The position numbers and the translations under genes were made by a program. 64,000 nt of DNA from Candidatus Liptonbacteria bacterium (GTDB lineage Bacteria; Patescibacteriota; Minisyncoccia; UBA6257; 2-01-FULL-56-20). This document shows, in pieces, positions 26,070-35,552 of the stretch. The notes beneath the pieces are model-generated. The model was not told where the DNA came from, searched no databases, and saw nothing but the letters and a program-made list of their open reading frames with translations. The stretch lies in NCBI GenBank assembly GCA_016204385.1, contig JACQKW010000013.1:12507-76506 (forward strand). The letters are read 5' to 3'. Numbering within the stretch: the stretch's first letter is position 1; every line of letters starts with the position of its first letter.

Positions 26070-26604
26070 CGCGCCAATGCAACGGAAATTGTTCCACTAT
26101 CGTGTAATCCGCGCCCCCCGGCGATAGGTGCGATTCCATAAGCCGGAACGATGTAACGTCGTCGCTCCAGTCCACTTCTTGGGACAGCCGTTGTATCGGA
26201 AACGAACGAAATTCCTCCAGTCGAAACCGTGCGAGCGTAAGGTGGAGCGTAAACGGCCGTGGCTCGGGATGGATTCCCAGAGCCGCGGCAATCCCGTCTC
26301 TTAGGGCGACGATACGGTGCGGCGTATCGCCTTTTGCCCAGACAAGCCGAGGAGATCTTTGAGAGGGGCCGAACGAAACCTTCTTAAATTCAATTTGAAA
26401 CGGTTTTGCGTGATTTTCAAGGGATTGAAGCGTTTCTACTAAGCGCCGTACGTTCCCTTCGTACCATGGAGGGATGATCGTTATGTGAAGGTTTTTAGAA
26501 GAAAGCCATCGCACCGGGAGGCGTGAGTAACGCTCTTTCCATGCATTGATAACCTTCGCGAGCTCGTGAGATATCCCAAGCGCGACAAAAACTCGCCTCT
26601 TCAT
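26062..26604 (-). CDS. thpR: RNA 2',3'-cyclic phosphodiesterase (2H family, LigT/ThpR)
   Basis: Two HxTx motifs: NLHITIIPP and FTLHLTLARF. Confidence 0.85.
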   Translation of the reverse strand: MKRRVFVALGISHELAKVINAWKERYSRLPVRWLSSKNLHITIIPPWYEGNVRRLVETLQSLENHAKPFQIEFKKVSFGPSQRSPRLVWAKGDTPHRIVALRDGIAAALGIHPEPRPFTLHLTLARFRLEEFRSFPIQRLSQEVDWSDDVTSFRLMESHLSPGGADYTIVEQFPLHWRDE

Positions 26605-26682
26605 TGTACATTCATCGTATCACGAAAATCCGCTCGGAAAATAAAAAGAAGGGAGTTTGGGGCTCCCTTCTCAACACACGCG

Positions 26683-26934
26683 TTACATCAGCGGTTCGGG
26701 TGTCGGCAGATCGAGGAATTGCCGTATGCGGTCCTCCTTGCTCACCTGTCCTTGGCCCATTACATCTGGGACGAGAGGTTTCATAAGCCCTGTATACATA
26801 TAAAACAGGAGTTCGCAATTCGAACATTTGAACCTGGACGTGGATCCCCTCGCCTCCTCTATCGTTTCGAGCAAGGTTGAGCTGCACTTCGGGCAACACA
26901 CGCAAAACACTTTTGCTTTCCTTGTGTCGCTCAT
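26683..26934 (-). CDS. small zinc-ribbon protein
   Basis: CCPKC...CSNC. SD GGAGG 7 nt upstream of the ATG. Confidence 0.55.
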   Translation of the reverse strand: MSDTRKAKVFCVCCPKCSSTLLETIEEARGSTSRFKCSNCELLFYMYTGLMKPLVPDVMGQGQVSKEDRIRQFLDLPTPEPLM

Positions 26935-27007
26935 GGGAAATCCTCCGTATAAAACTGATTATGCCGTACTGATCAAATAATAGTACAGTTACCGCGAAAC
27001 GCAAGCA

Positions 27008-27040
27008 AAAAACAAAAAACCCGGGCTATACCGGGCCTTT
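27008..27040 (-). terminator. intrinsic terminator after the RRM gene
   Basis: cccggg-ctata-ccggg hairpin flanked by an A-run and a T-run. Confidence 0.7.
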
Positions 27041-27046
27041 CGTTTT

Positions 27047-27370
27047 TTACCAGTTGCTTCCCTGGTTTCCGAAGTCGCCCCGGCGGTCATACCCGCCGCC
27101 TTCTCGGCGAGGGGGCCGCTCTCCCATTGGGCGAGCTTCGTTTACCGTAAGCTTGCGGCCGTCCAGCTCTTTTCCATTCCACATCTCGATGGCTTTCTTA
27201 GCGTCCTCTTCAGACACCATTTCGACGAAGCCAAAGCCCTTATGGTACCCCTTGAGCTTATCGTACTTGATCTCCGCGGACTCAACGCCGCCCGCCTGCG
27301 CGAACGCAGACTTAAGCGTGTCGAGCGTCGTGTCAAAGGACATGCCGCCTACAAATAATCTTTTTCCCAT
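27047..27370 (-). CDS. RNA-binding protein (RRM/RNP-1)
   Basis: RLFVGGMSF (RNP-2) and KGFGFVEM (RNP-1). Gly/Arg-rich tail. Confidence 0.9.
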   Translation of the reverse strand: MGKRLFVGGMSFDTTLDTLKSAFAQAGGVESAEIKYDKLKGYHKGFGFVEMVSEEDAKKAIEMWNGKELDGRKLTVNEARPMGERPPRREGGGYDRRGDFGNQGSNW

Positions 27371-27524
27371 TTCCTCTGCTCAATTCAAATTTAGTAACGC
27401 GTGGAAACCGACCCTCCCCCTCGATTTTCGAAAATTGTTTATTTTCTAAAAACCTGCTGAGATACTTGCCACGAAAAGAGTATACCATATAGGGCGGAAT
27501 TGCACAAGCCCCACTACTCTCGCA

Positions 27525-27908
27525 TCACTTCAGCCATTCCTTGGGAGACTTCGGCCATCCGACGAGAAGAAGAAGCGCAAGCGGCGCTCCCCAGTTCGCC
27601 CAGCGTTCTACGAAGTCCCACACCGGCATTCCGACGATGGGCCGAAGGAGCGCGGTCCAAAATCCCCAGAATACCATCCAGAGAAGCGCAATTCTTATCG
27701 GTTTCACAAGAATCAGGATCGCGAGCGCAATATCCATGATCCCTATGATAAGCAGAAGTTGTTTTGCGATTCCCGGATCTGCGACTCCGAACTGCGCAAA
27801 CCAGCTTATCCAATCCTTCTTTCCCTGAACCGCAAAGACGCCATGGCCGATGAACTCGCCGGCAACCGCGATCTTAAGAACCCACTCGATTATTTTCTGA
27901 TTATTCAT
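27525..27908 (-). CDS. DoxX-like membrane protein
   Basis: Four hydrophobic helices, about 125 aa, WxxW-rich. Confidence 0.55.
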   Translation of the reverse strand: MNNQKIIEWVLKIAVAGEFIGHGVFAVQGKKDWISWFAQFGVADPGIAKQLLLIIGIMDIALAILILVKPIRIALLWMVFWGFWTALLRPIVGMPVWDFVERWANWGAPLALLLLVGWPKSPKEWLK

Positions 27909-28140
27909 GTGGTGATGTTTTTCTAAACTTTTGAATCAGGGAGTAGGCGGTGTAAGCCAACGAGGCCCATAAAAGAATGCTCAAAATCACCGCAAACCAG
28001 TGTCCGTGTTCAATGTGTTCGAACGGAAGAAACTCTTGTAATTGTTGACCTACGGTTTCGGATCCCTCTTCGTGCGCGCCGTTTGCTATTGCAACCAATG
28101 GGAGGGCGAAACTGCTTATTGCAATAAGATATTTTTTCAT
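27901..28140 (-). CDS. small exported His-rich membrane protein (copper-module associated)
   Basis: Signal MKKYLIAISSFALPLVAIANG, HEEGSE/HIEHGHW, and a C-terminal TM. Confidence 0.45.
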   Translation of the reverse strand: MKKYLIAISSFALPLVAIANGAHEEGSETVGQQLQEFLPFEHIEHGHWFAVILSILLWASLAYTAYSLIQKFRKTSPHE

Positions 28141-28209
28141 GCAATTTTTTGTTTATGGTTTGATTGATAACTTGCTTGCCGACCAACAAGCAATTCTCTT
28201 TCTTTAGTA

Positions 28210-29286
28210 TTATTCCAGACAACATGGTTTATATCCTTCATAAAAGAACGGGATAACCATGCCCGCAGACGCATGATGCACGTGGTGACAGTGAAAAAGC
28301 CACACCCCGGGGTTATCAGCCACTATCTCGATATCGTAGCGCTCGCCGGGAAGCACCGGGAGATTATCTCTCATTTGTTGAGCGATTTGAGGTACTGGAT
28401 TCCCATCAATCGCCACCACTTTGAAGGAGTGGCCGTGGGTGTGCATGGGGTGGATTTCTTGAGTCCCGGCGTTAATAAGCCGAATCAAGACACGCTCTCC
28501 TTCTTTGACCATGAGAGTTTCCGTATCCGGGAAAACGCGGCCATTGATAGTAAAGATATTATAATTTGGCATTTTGTGGACATGTTCTCCTTCTCCTTCC
28601 TCTGCATGATCAAGCGCCCCATTTGATCCGTCTGGATTGATTTCCCATTCATCCAGCATATAGACGTACTCTCGGTCGTATTTTTGAGGATTTTTTGATT
28701 CAATAATGAACGCTCCATAAAGGCCCATGTCCAACTGAGTGACTGCGTCTACATGGGAAGAACCATGAGTATGGTAAAAGTGCGTACCGGCATTTTTGGC
28801 AGTAAACTCATACGTAAACGTTTCTCCGGGCTTAATGGGGTACTGCGTGAGTCCGGGCACGCCGTCGGCTTTGTTTTCTACATGCACCCCGTGCCAATGG
28901 AGAGAAGTGCCGACCGGCAAATTATTTTTTACTACCACCCGCACTTTATCGCCTTCAGTAACGCGAATTTCCGGTCCGGGAACTTGACCGTTGTATGCCC
29001 ACGCATGGACGAATTTGCCTGTCCCGAGCGCAGTCGAGGGGCCTTTGGCGTATTCCCATCGAATTTCATCGAGAGTGAGCTCGAATTCTTTTATCCCGTC
29101 TTTTGTGGTCGGCGCAAAAGCCGTCCTGGTACTTGGCGTTTTAAGCGGTAGTTTCTCAAGATTGGCAGTAGAGGAATGCGGCGTGTCATGATTTTTTTCC
29201 GAGGTCTGATTTCGAGAAACAGAAACGATCCCGACAACGAGCGCGAGCGCTATTATAATACCGATGAAGATTTTGATGTCCCGCAT
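28210..29286 (-). CDS. multicopper oxidase
   Basis: Copper ligand motifs HWHG, HTHGSSH, HPMHTHGH, HCHHVHHASAGM. Confidence 0.85.
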   Translation of the reverse strand: MRDIKIFIGIIIALALVVGIVSVSRNQTSEKNHDTPHSSTANLEKLPLKTPSTRTAFAPTTKDGIKEFELTLDEIRWEYAKGPSTALGTGKFVHAWAYNGQVPGPEIRVTEGDKVRVVVKNNLPVGTSLHWHGVHVENKADGVPGLTQYPIKPGETFTYEFTAKNAGTHFYHTHGSSHVDAVTQLDMGLYGAFIIESKNPQKYDREYVYMLDEWEINPDGSNGALDHAEEGEGEHVHKMPNYNIFTINGRVFPDTETLMVKEGERVLIRLINAGTQEIHPMHTHGHSFKVVAIDGNPVPQIAQQMRDNLPVLPGERYDIEIVADNPGVWLFHCHHVHHASAGMVIPFFYEGYKPCCLE

Positions 29287-29289
29287 AAA

Positions 29290-29619
29290 TTATTTATTTT
29301 TCCAAAGCTCGCGGAGAATCCGGCATGGTTCCACGATCCTCGGATCAGTGATTGTATAGTTGGCATTGAGCCCGTCTCTACGCACGGTGACCAGCCGCGC
29401 GTGGCGCAAAAGTGCTAAATGTTGGGATACATTTGCTTTCGGCAAGCTAAGGATTTCGATCAGTTGCTCCACGGTGCGTTCCCCGTACTTTTTGAGTATA
29501 TTCAAAATTTCAAGCCGTTTAGGATTGGCAAGGATTTTATATATTTCTGCATTTCGCTCGTAGGTTGTTTTTGGAAATGGAGATTTCACCCCGTTAGAAA
29601 TTTTTGCTGTAGTAGTCAT
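29290..29619 (-). CDS. ArsR/SmtB-family metalloregulator
   Basis: ILANPKRLEILNILK...VSQHLALLRHARLVTVRRDG. Confidence 0.85.
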   Translation of the reverse strand: MTTTAKISNGVKSPFPKTTYERNAEIYKILANPKRLEILNILKKYGERTVEQLIEILSLPKANVSQHLALLRHARLVTVRRDGLNANYTITDPRIVEPCRILRELWKNK

Positions 29620-29670
29620 ACCTAAATTATTGACCCGTTTGTAACGATGTATAATTTCTAACGGGGTTTC

Positions 29671-29686
29671 ATAGTTTCGAAACTAT
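29671..29686. promoter_or_regulatory. perfect 16-bp palindrome, candidate ArsR operator
   Basis: atagtttc|gaaactat, 52-67 nt upstream of the arsR-family ATG. Confidence 0.5.
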
Positions 29687-29787
29687 ACTGCAATAGTATA
29701 TCAAACCAACCATTCCGGACAATAGTATAATATCCACACTCCCCTTCGAGAATCGGCCGCTCGCTCACCGAGGTTATTCGAGGCATG

Positions 29788-30792
29788 TTATTTCACCGTG
29801 TGAAACGGCTTTCTCACGATAAAATTGCGAATATTTTCTATCGTCATGTGTAAAATTCGTTCGAGCGCTTCCTGCGAGTTGAACGCATTGTGCGGGGTGA
29901 TAAGCACATTCGGCATTTTCATGAGGATATGGTTCTCTAACATCGTGCGGAGTTCCTGTTCTTTTGGATGCGCCTCACGCAGGTAGAACACCTCGTCTTT
30001 CGATTCCCCTTCCTCTTCGAGCACGTCGAGCCCCACGCCTGCCAAGATTCCCTCTTGGAGCGCGTTCACAAGCGCCTCCGTCTCCACAATCGCGCCCCTC
30101 GCGGTGTTCACGAGGTACGCGCCTTTTTTAACTATGCGGATGTTCTTGCTATTGATGAGATGATGCGTCTTTTCGTTGTGTGGAGTGTGAAGCGAGAGTA
30201 TGTCTGAAGTTTTGAGAAGTTCCTCGAATGTTACGTACGCGAGACTATATTCTTTGGCAAATTTCTTGTCCGGCACCGGATCGTATGCAATCACGTTCAT
30301 GCCAAAACCATTTGCGATTTTGACCATTTCTTTTCCGATTCTGCCCGTGCCGATGATGCCGATTGTTTTCCCCTTGAGATCCGTCCCCCGAAGACCCGTG
30401 AGCGAAAACGAGCCGGTTTCTTTGATTTGGTCAATGCCGTGGTAGATTTTCCGCGTGAGGTTCAGGATCAGGCCGAACGCAAACTCCGCGACGGTGTTGT
30501 CGCCGTAGCCCGGAACGTACGCGACCGCAATCCTCCGCTTTTTGCACTCTGCGGTGTCAATGTGATCGTAGCCCGTCGAGCGGGTGGTGATGAATTTCAA
30601 ATTCGGAAAGCAATCGAGAACCTTCTTGTCTATCCTCGAATCAACGAATACCGAAAGAATCTCAAAATCCTTTGTGACCGGCAGGCACAAGGACGTGATC
30701 TTGTCTTTTGTAATGAAAACATCAGCGCCAGGAAAAGATTTTCTGATCATCGCCTCTTCCCACCCCTCGATTTCGAAAAACGCGAGTTTCAC
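29788..30792 (-). CDS. D-isomer-specific 2-hydroxyacid dehydrogenase (D-lactate dehydrogenase-like)
   Basis: NAD motif GIIGTGRIGKEM. Catalytic region NTARG...PH. Confidence 0.85.
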   Translation of the reverse strand: MKLAFFEIEGWEEAMIRKSFPGADVFITKDKITSLCLPVTKDFEILSVFVDSRIDKKVLDCFPNLKFITTRSTGYDHIDTAECKKRRIAVAYVPGYGDNTVAEFAFGLILNLTRKIYHGIDQIKETGSFSLTGLRGTDLKGKTIGIIGTGRIGKEMVKIANGFGMNVIAYDPVPDKKFAKEYSLAYVTFEELLKTSDILSLHTPHNEKTHHLINSKNIRIVKKGAYLVNTARGAIVETEALVNALQEGILAGVGLDVLEEEGESKDEVFYLREAHPKEQELRTMLENHILMKMPNVLITPHNAFNSQEALERILHMTIENIRNFIVRKPFHTVK

Positions 30793-30895
30793 GACTTACA
30801 GTATAACAGATAAATCACCAATTAGTTGCGCAGCCGGGTTTTACGGAAAATGAGCCACATTCTTGCGTACCGGAATGGAGTTATCGTGATGTAGA

Positions 30896-30926
30896 AATGA
30901 ATAACCGCACCGCAGAGCGGTGCGGC
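30896..30926. repeat. exact second copy of the 2562..2592 hairpin
   Basis: aatgaataaccgcaccgcagagcggtgcggc, 31/31 identical. Confidence 0.9.
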
Positions 30927-31070
30927 CCGCTCCGCCGGAGCTTCAACGAGGCGAGCAACGCGGCGAGGTATTCTTGCGGACGAAACAATAAAAAGACCCT
31001 CGGCGCGATGTTGCCACACCGAGGTGAGCAAACTTTCGGCTCTCTTTCGGGGTTTCTTTAGATATCACGC

Positions 31071-31114
31071 TCCCTCATATCGGCCTATTCGTACGAATAC
31101 GCCGATATGAGGGA
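31071..31114. repeat. 44-bp near-perfect palindrome
   Basis: tccctcatatcggcctattcgt|acgaatacgccgatatgaggga (one mismatch). Core ATTCGTACGAAT. Confidence 0.9.
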
Positions 31115-31171
31115 ATACAATATTATTTTGAGGATACAGCAAGGGGCTTGCATCTCCTCTCTCGCGGGGTA

Positions 31172-31831
31172 TTACGACATATGCAAAAGAAGCTCGGGTG
31201 TTAACTCGCGAAAATTTCCTATTATTACGTCGGCTTCCCGGAGATCCGAGGCATCGTGCGATGTGGTGATACCGATACACCGCGTACCCGCAGCTTTTGC
31301 AGATAACACGCCATTCCGCGAATCTTCTATCACCGCGCAGTCCGAGGGCGGAATTTTAAGAAATTCCGCCGTTTTTCGGTAGGGTTCAGGGTCCGGTTTT
31401 CCTTTTTTTACATCTTCCGCAGATAGTACCAATTCAAAATACTGCTCAAGTTCATACGATTTGAGCACGAGGTCAATTTCGCGGCGCGTCGCGCTTGACG
31501 CGAGCGCAAGGCGAAATCTTTTTTTGAGTGATTTTATCGCTTCGATCACGCCGGGAAACGGCCGGTTTTCTTTGTAAAAGAGATCAAGATACAAATCGGC
31601 TTTCTCTTTGAGCAGAGACTGAAGCGAGAGCGAAAGACGGTGTTTTTCCATAAAACTGCGGAATCCATCCGCATCGGTCCTTCCTCCGAAGAATACGAGA
31701 TACTCTTCGTGGCCCAACTTCGCGCCGTGCTTCTCAAGCACTTCCCGAAACGCATGCTCGTGCACATGCTCGTCGTCCACGATTACGCCATTCATATCGA
31801 ATATAACCGCGCGGATCATAGAGGAGCCCAC
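31172..31831 (-). CDS. HAD-family hydrolase (beta-phosphoglucomutase-like)
   Basis: VIFDMNGVIVDDE (motif I), LASSA (II), GKPDPEPY and EDSRNG (III/IV). Confidence 0.85.
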   Translation of the reverse strand: MGSSMIRAVIFDMNGVIVDDEHVHEHAFREVLEKHGAKLGHEEYLVFFGGRTDADGFRSFMEKHRLSLSLQSLLKEKADLYLDLFYKENRPFPGVIEAIKSLKKRFRLALASSATRREIDLVLKSYELEQYFELVLSAEDVKKGKPDPEPYRKTAEFLKIPPSDCAVIEDSRNGVLSAKAAGTRCIGITTSHDASDLREADVIIGNFRELTPELLLHMS

Positions 31832-32271
31832 TGCGATTTCCGTCGCACGCCTGCAAATTCTTCCAACTTTTTTCTCACGAGCAGCAAGAATTTATTCTGT
31901 TCAAAACCGAGTTTTATCTTTTCAAGCTCGCAGACGCTCATCCACCGGATGGCCTTCCCTTCCCGCAGTTCTGGAATCTGATTGTCCTCTATTTTACAGA
32001 TCACAACTCCGACATCTTGCGAGATGTGCGGCAGATGGTTTACCCCAATAAATACACACGCGTCCTCGGGTAATTCCACTCCGAATTCCTCTCGAACTCC
32101 TCGTTTCGCGATCTCCGCAATCTCTTTATCGCCCTCTCTCCCCTCTCCGGGAAAACACCACGTATTTGGATAATACTTTAATTTCTCGTCCCGAAGCTGC
32201 AGCAACATTTTCCCGTCCGGACGCACGAGAATGAACGTGACACCGGTCAATTCTTTACAACTATTTCCCAT
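31816..32271 (-). CDS. NUDIX hydrolase
   Basis: Nudix box GEGREGDKEIAEIAKRGVREEFGVEL. Confidence 0.75.
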   Translation of the reverse strand: MGNSCKELTGVTFILVRPDGKMLLQLRDEKLKYYPNTWCFPGEGREGDKEIAEIAKRGVREEFGVELPEDACVFIGVNHLPHISQDVGVVICKIEDNQIPELREGKAIRWMSVCELEKIKLGFEQNKFLLLVRKKLEEFAGVRRKSQWAPL

Positions 32272-32359
32272 GGCACTTTTGTTACTTCTTGAAATCTAAG
32301 AAATATCACGCGGATTTTATAATACCAATTTGCCCTTATTTTAAGCCATTTTCGGGGTA

Positions 32360-32387
32360 TTGACAAATTCTGTGGGTTTGCTATAAT
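32360..32387 (+). promoter_or_regulatory. consensus sigma-70-type promoter
   Basis: TTGACA (32360-32365), 16-nt spacer, TATAAT (32382-32387). Confidence 0.65.
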
Positions 32388-32393
32388 GGAAGC

Positions 32394-32516
32394 ACAATTA
32401 ATCCTGGGTAGGGCCATAACGGCCTGGCGGTAGGAGGGAGCGATCCAGTAGAGCCGCAGCTCCAAACAATGTCGAAGCCCAATCCGTTCATCCGTTCACG
32501 GTGCGGGCTTTTTTCT
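32394..32516 (+). ncRNA. candidate ~120-nt small RNA of unknown class
   Basis: Lies between the consensus promoter and a hairpin plus T6 terminator (aagccc...gggcttttttc, 32475-32516). Contains no ORF. Internal hairpins GGCC-ATAAC-GGCC and GGAGC...GCTCC. Confidence 0.45.
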
Positions 32517-32549
32517 TACCATTACCCCCCATGACACCTGTTATATTTC

Positions 32550-32882
32550 TTACCGATACCGCATGACTTCTGACTTTTTCGCTCCATACTTTTGCCTCAT
32601 CCACTTCTTATTATCCTCCAACAGCTCTCTGCCGTGCTTATTATCTGGAGCAATAACTAGGTCAAAAGACCACTTTTTATTCTTCAGTTTGACGGGCGTG
32701 TGCAACATAACGACAAAATCCACATCAGCTGGTCTCCGTTTTGTCGAAACGAAACTTCCCATCAGATGCACGGAGGAGATCGGTAAAACTTTCTCAATTT
32801 TTTGTACAACTTTTTCAACGTTCTTCCACATTTCTTTTCGATAGGAAGACTGCAGTAATTTTGGTGGTATTCTACTTCCCAT
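32550..32882 (-). CDS. minimal nucleotidyltransferase-domain protein
   Basis: HLMGSFVSTKRRPADVDFVVML resembles the GS...D.D motif of pol-beta-type NTases. Confidence 0.55.
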   Translation of the reverse strand: MGSRIPPKLLQSSYRKEMWKNVEKVVQKIEKVLPISSVHLMGSFVSTKRRPADVDFVVMLHTPVKLKNKKWSFDLVIAPDNKHGRELLEDNKKWMRQKYGAKKSEVMRYR

Positions 32883-32929
32883 GGCACTTCTTATACTTTC
32901 CGCCTAAGGCGGGGATGCGGGACTCCGCT

Positions 32930-35545
32930 CTATTTTCTATGATGCGATGCATTGATAAGACCGCATTGCTTGTATTTATAGGGTCGTCCATCTGGCCGTT
33001 TCGCTCCGCACGGGCAGGGATCATTGCGTCCGACGCCCTTACCTGCGGCTGAATCGGCAATTCTTTGTGGTTGCGCGCCGCCTGCGTCTGCCGACTGTCC
33101 CACAAACTTAAAGATGTTCATGAAAATCCATCCGTTGAAATTTCCCCAAAAGTTCTGGAACAGGCGGTGCGCTTCGCGCCGGTATTCGACGAGCGGGTCC
33201 TTTTGTCCGTAGGCCCGGAGACCGATTGACTCGGAGAGCGCTTCAAGATCCTCAAGGTGATTCATCCAAAGGAGATCGAGGATTCCGAGCGCGCGCGGGA
33301 GCGTCATGGGATCTAAACTTACCTCGACGCTCCTCCGAGTGATGAGCGAGCGCAATGCTTCCTCCGTGGGCTCTTCCGGCCACTTCCAATCCTTATTTAC
33401 CAGCGACGCTTCCTCAAAAAGCCTTTTTATTTCCTTCGTCCCCTCCTCGCTCCACGCTTCCTCCTCGCCAAACACCTGATTGACCACGCGGTCGAAATAT
33501 CCAAGCGCCGATTCCCCGACAATCTTTGCCAGCTCTCCGCCGCTTGAAATTTCGCGCAAACTCTCGAGGATCTTCTGCCGTTCACGATAAATTGCCGCGC
33601 GCTGTTTATTCAAGACGTCGTCATATTCAAGGAGATGTTTCCGAAGGTCGAAATTCGCTCCTTCAACTTTCGCCTGCGCTTGCTGAACCGCCTTCCCGAC
33701 GATCCCCACCTCGATCGGCTGATCATCGGGAAGATGAAATCGTTCCATAAGGCCCTTGATCCTGTCTCCCCCGAATATCCGCAGAAGGTCATCGTCAAGC
33801 GAGAGGAAAAATTGCGACGATCCAGAATCGCCCTGCCGGCCCGCGCGCCCCCGCAGCTGATTGTCAATCCTGCGCGCTTCGTGGCGCTCCGTTCCGATCA
33901 CGTGGAGTCCCCCGAGTTCGCGAACGCGTTTTGATTCTTCCTCATCCGGAGGATTTCCTCCCAGAATAATGTCCACTCCTCTTCCCGCGACATTTGTCGC
34001 CACCGTAACGGCTTTGAGTTTCCCCGCCTGCGCGATGATCGCGCCCTCGCGCTCGTTGTTCTTCGCATTCAGCACTTCGTGAGGGATTCCTTTGCGTGCA
34101 AGGTACGCCGACATGAGCTCGTTCTTTGTGATCGAAGCGGTTCCCACGAGCACCGGCTGCCCCGCGTCGTGGCGTTTTTTGATCTCCTCCGTCGCCGCAA
34201 GAAACTTCGCGTCTTCGGTTTTATAGATGACGTCGGTCAAATCTTTTCTTATCAGCGGGCGGTTCGTCGGAATGCGTATCACTTCGAGGCGGTACACTTT
34301 ATGAAATTCCTCCGCCGATGTCTGCGCGGTTCCGGTCATTCCGGAGATCTTCTCATACATGCGGAAATAATTTTGGATCGAGATCTTCGCGTACGTGCGC
34401 GATTCTTCTTTCACGCGGACCTTTTCTTTCGCTTCGATCGCCTGATGAAGCCCGCCGCTGTAGCGCCTCCCGTGGAGCAGTCTGCCGGTGAACTCGTCCA
34501 CGATCACGATCTCGTCGTTCTTGACCACGTAGTCTTTGTCTTTTTTGAACAACGCCTTCGCGCGCAAGCTCTCCTCAAGGTAATGGACCAGCCGGATATT
34601 CTGCGGCTCGTAAAGATTCTTTATGCCGATCAGCTTTTCAACTTTCTCGATGCCCTGCTCCGTAATGCTCACCGAGCGCAATTTCTCGTCAACCGTGTAA
34701 TCCGCATCCGCCGCAAGGAGCATTACGACGCGCGCAAACGTCTTATAGTGCTCGCTTGACGCGACATCGGGGGCGGAAATGATGAGTGGCGTCCGTGCCT
34801 CATCGATCAAAATGCTGTCTACCTCATCTATGATCGCGTAATGGTGCCCCCGCTGGACTTGGCCCTCCGTGCTATAGGCAAGGTTGTCCCGCAAATAATC
34901 GAAACCGAATTCGTGGTTCGTGCCGTAGGTGATATCTGCGAGATACGCCTCCCGCCGCGTAATCGGGCGCAAAAATTCCTGCTGGACGAGAAAGCTGCCG
35001 GTCGTGTCGCGCGCCGCGTCAATCTTGTCGCGCTCCGGCTCCGGAATGCGCCATTCGGGATCGTAGAGATACGCGGCGTTCGGCACCAGGCACGCAACGG
35101 AGAGGCCGAGTGCGCGGTAAATCTGCCCCATCCATACCGCATCGCGCCGCGCAAGATACTCGTTCACCGTGACCACATGCGCTCCTTTGCCGGAGAGCGC
35201 GTGAAGGTACGCGGGCGCGACTGCGGCAAGGGTTTTTCCCTCCCCGGTAACCATCTCCGCAATCGCTCCGCGCTCGAGCGCGAGCCCTCCCATGAGCTGG
35301 GCGTCAAAGGGCCTTTGGCCGAGCGTGCGCACCGCCGCCTCCCGGACAAGCGCGAATGCGCGCACCACGGCGTCTTCAGACATCCCGCGTTTCTCTATGC
35401 GGTCTTTGAGCGCAAAACTTTCTTTGCGCAGCGCTTCGTTGTCGAGCTTTTGGATATCAGGTTCAAGGCGGTTCACCCGCTCAACTTCTGCGGCGAAATT
35501 GGAGAGCGTCTGGCGCCCACCAAATTTTTTTAAAAAGCTAAGCAT
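32930..35545 (-). CDS. secA: preprotein translocase ATPase SecA
   Basis: MVTGEGKTL Walker A, DEVDSILIDEARTPLIIS, C-terminal zinc finger CPCGAKRPDGRPYKYKQCG. Start at MLSFLKKFGG preferred over the ORF-track 35563. Confidence 0.95.
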   Translation of the reverse strand: MLSFLKKFGGRQTLSNFAAEVERVNRLEPDIQKLDNEALRKESFALKDRIEKRGMSEDAVVRAFALVREAAVRTLGQRPFDAQLMGGLALERGAIAEMVTGEGKTLAAVAPAYLHALSGKGAHVVTVNEYLARRDAVWMGQIYRALGLSVACLVPNAAYLYDPEWRIPEPERDKIDAARDTTGSFLVQQEFLRPITRREAYLADITYGTNHEFGFDYLRDNLAYSTEGQVQRGHHYAIIDEVDSILIDEARTPLIISAPDVASSEHYKTFARVVMLLAADADYTVDEKLRSVSITEQGIEKVEKLIGIKNLYEPQNIRLVHYLEESLRAKALFKKDKDYVVKNDEIVIVDEFTGRLLHGRRYSGGLHQAIEAKEKVRVKEESRTYAKISIQNYFRMYEKISGMTGTAQTSAEEFHKVYRLEVIRIPTNRPLIRKDLTDVIYKTEDAKFLAATEEIKKRHDAGQPVLVGTASITKNELMSAYLARKGIPHEVLNAKNNEREGAIIAQAGKLKAVTVATNVAGRGVDIILGGNPPDEEESKRVRELGGLHVIGTERHEARRIDNQLRGRAGRQGDSGSSQFFLSLDDDLLRIFGGDRIKGLMERFHLPDDQPIEVGIVGKAVQQAQAKVEGANFDLRKHLLEYDDVLNKQRAAIYRERQKILESLREISSGGELAKIVGESALGYFDRVVNQVFGEEEAWSEEGTKEIKRLFEEASLVNKDWKWPEEPTEEALRSLITRRSVEVSLDPMTLPRALGILDLLWMNHLEDLEALSESIGLRAYGQKDPLVEYRREAHRLFQNFWGNFNGWIFMNIFKFVGQSADAGGAQPQRIADSAAGKGVGRNDPCPCGAKRPDGRPYKYKQCGLINASHHRK

Positions 35546-35552
35546 AATTGAT

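Noticed and set aside
32394-32516. SRP (4.5S) RNA identity for the sRNA candidate
   Set aside because: It lacks the GGAA/GNRA tetraloop flanked by the AGCAGC and CAGG symmetric-loop motifs. It was kept as an unknown-class candidate.
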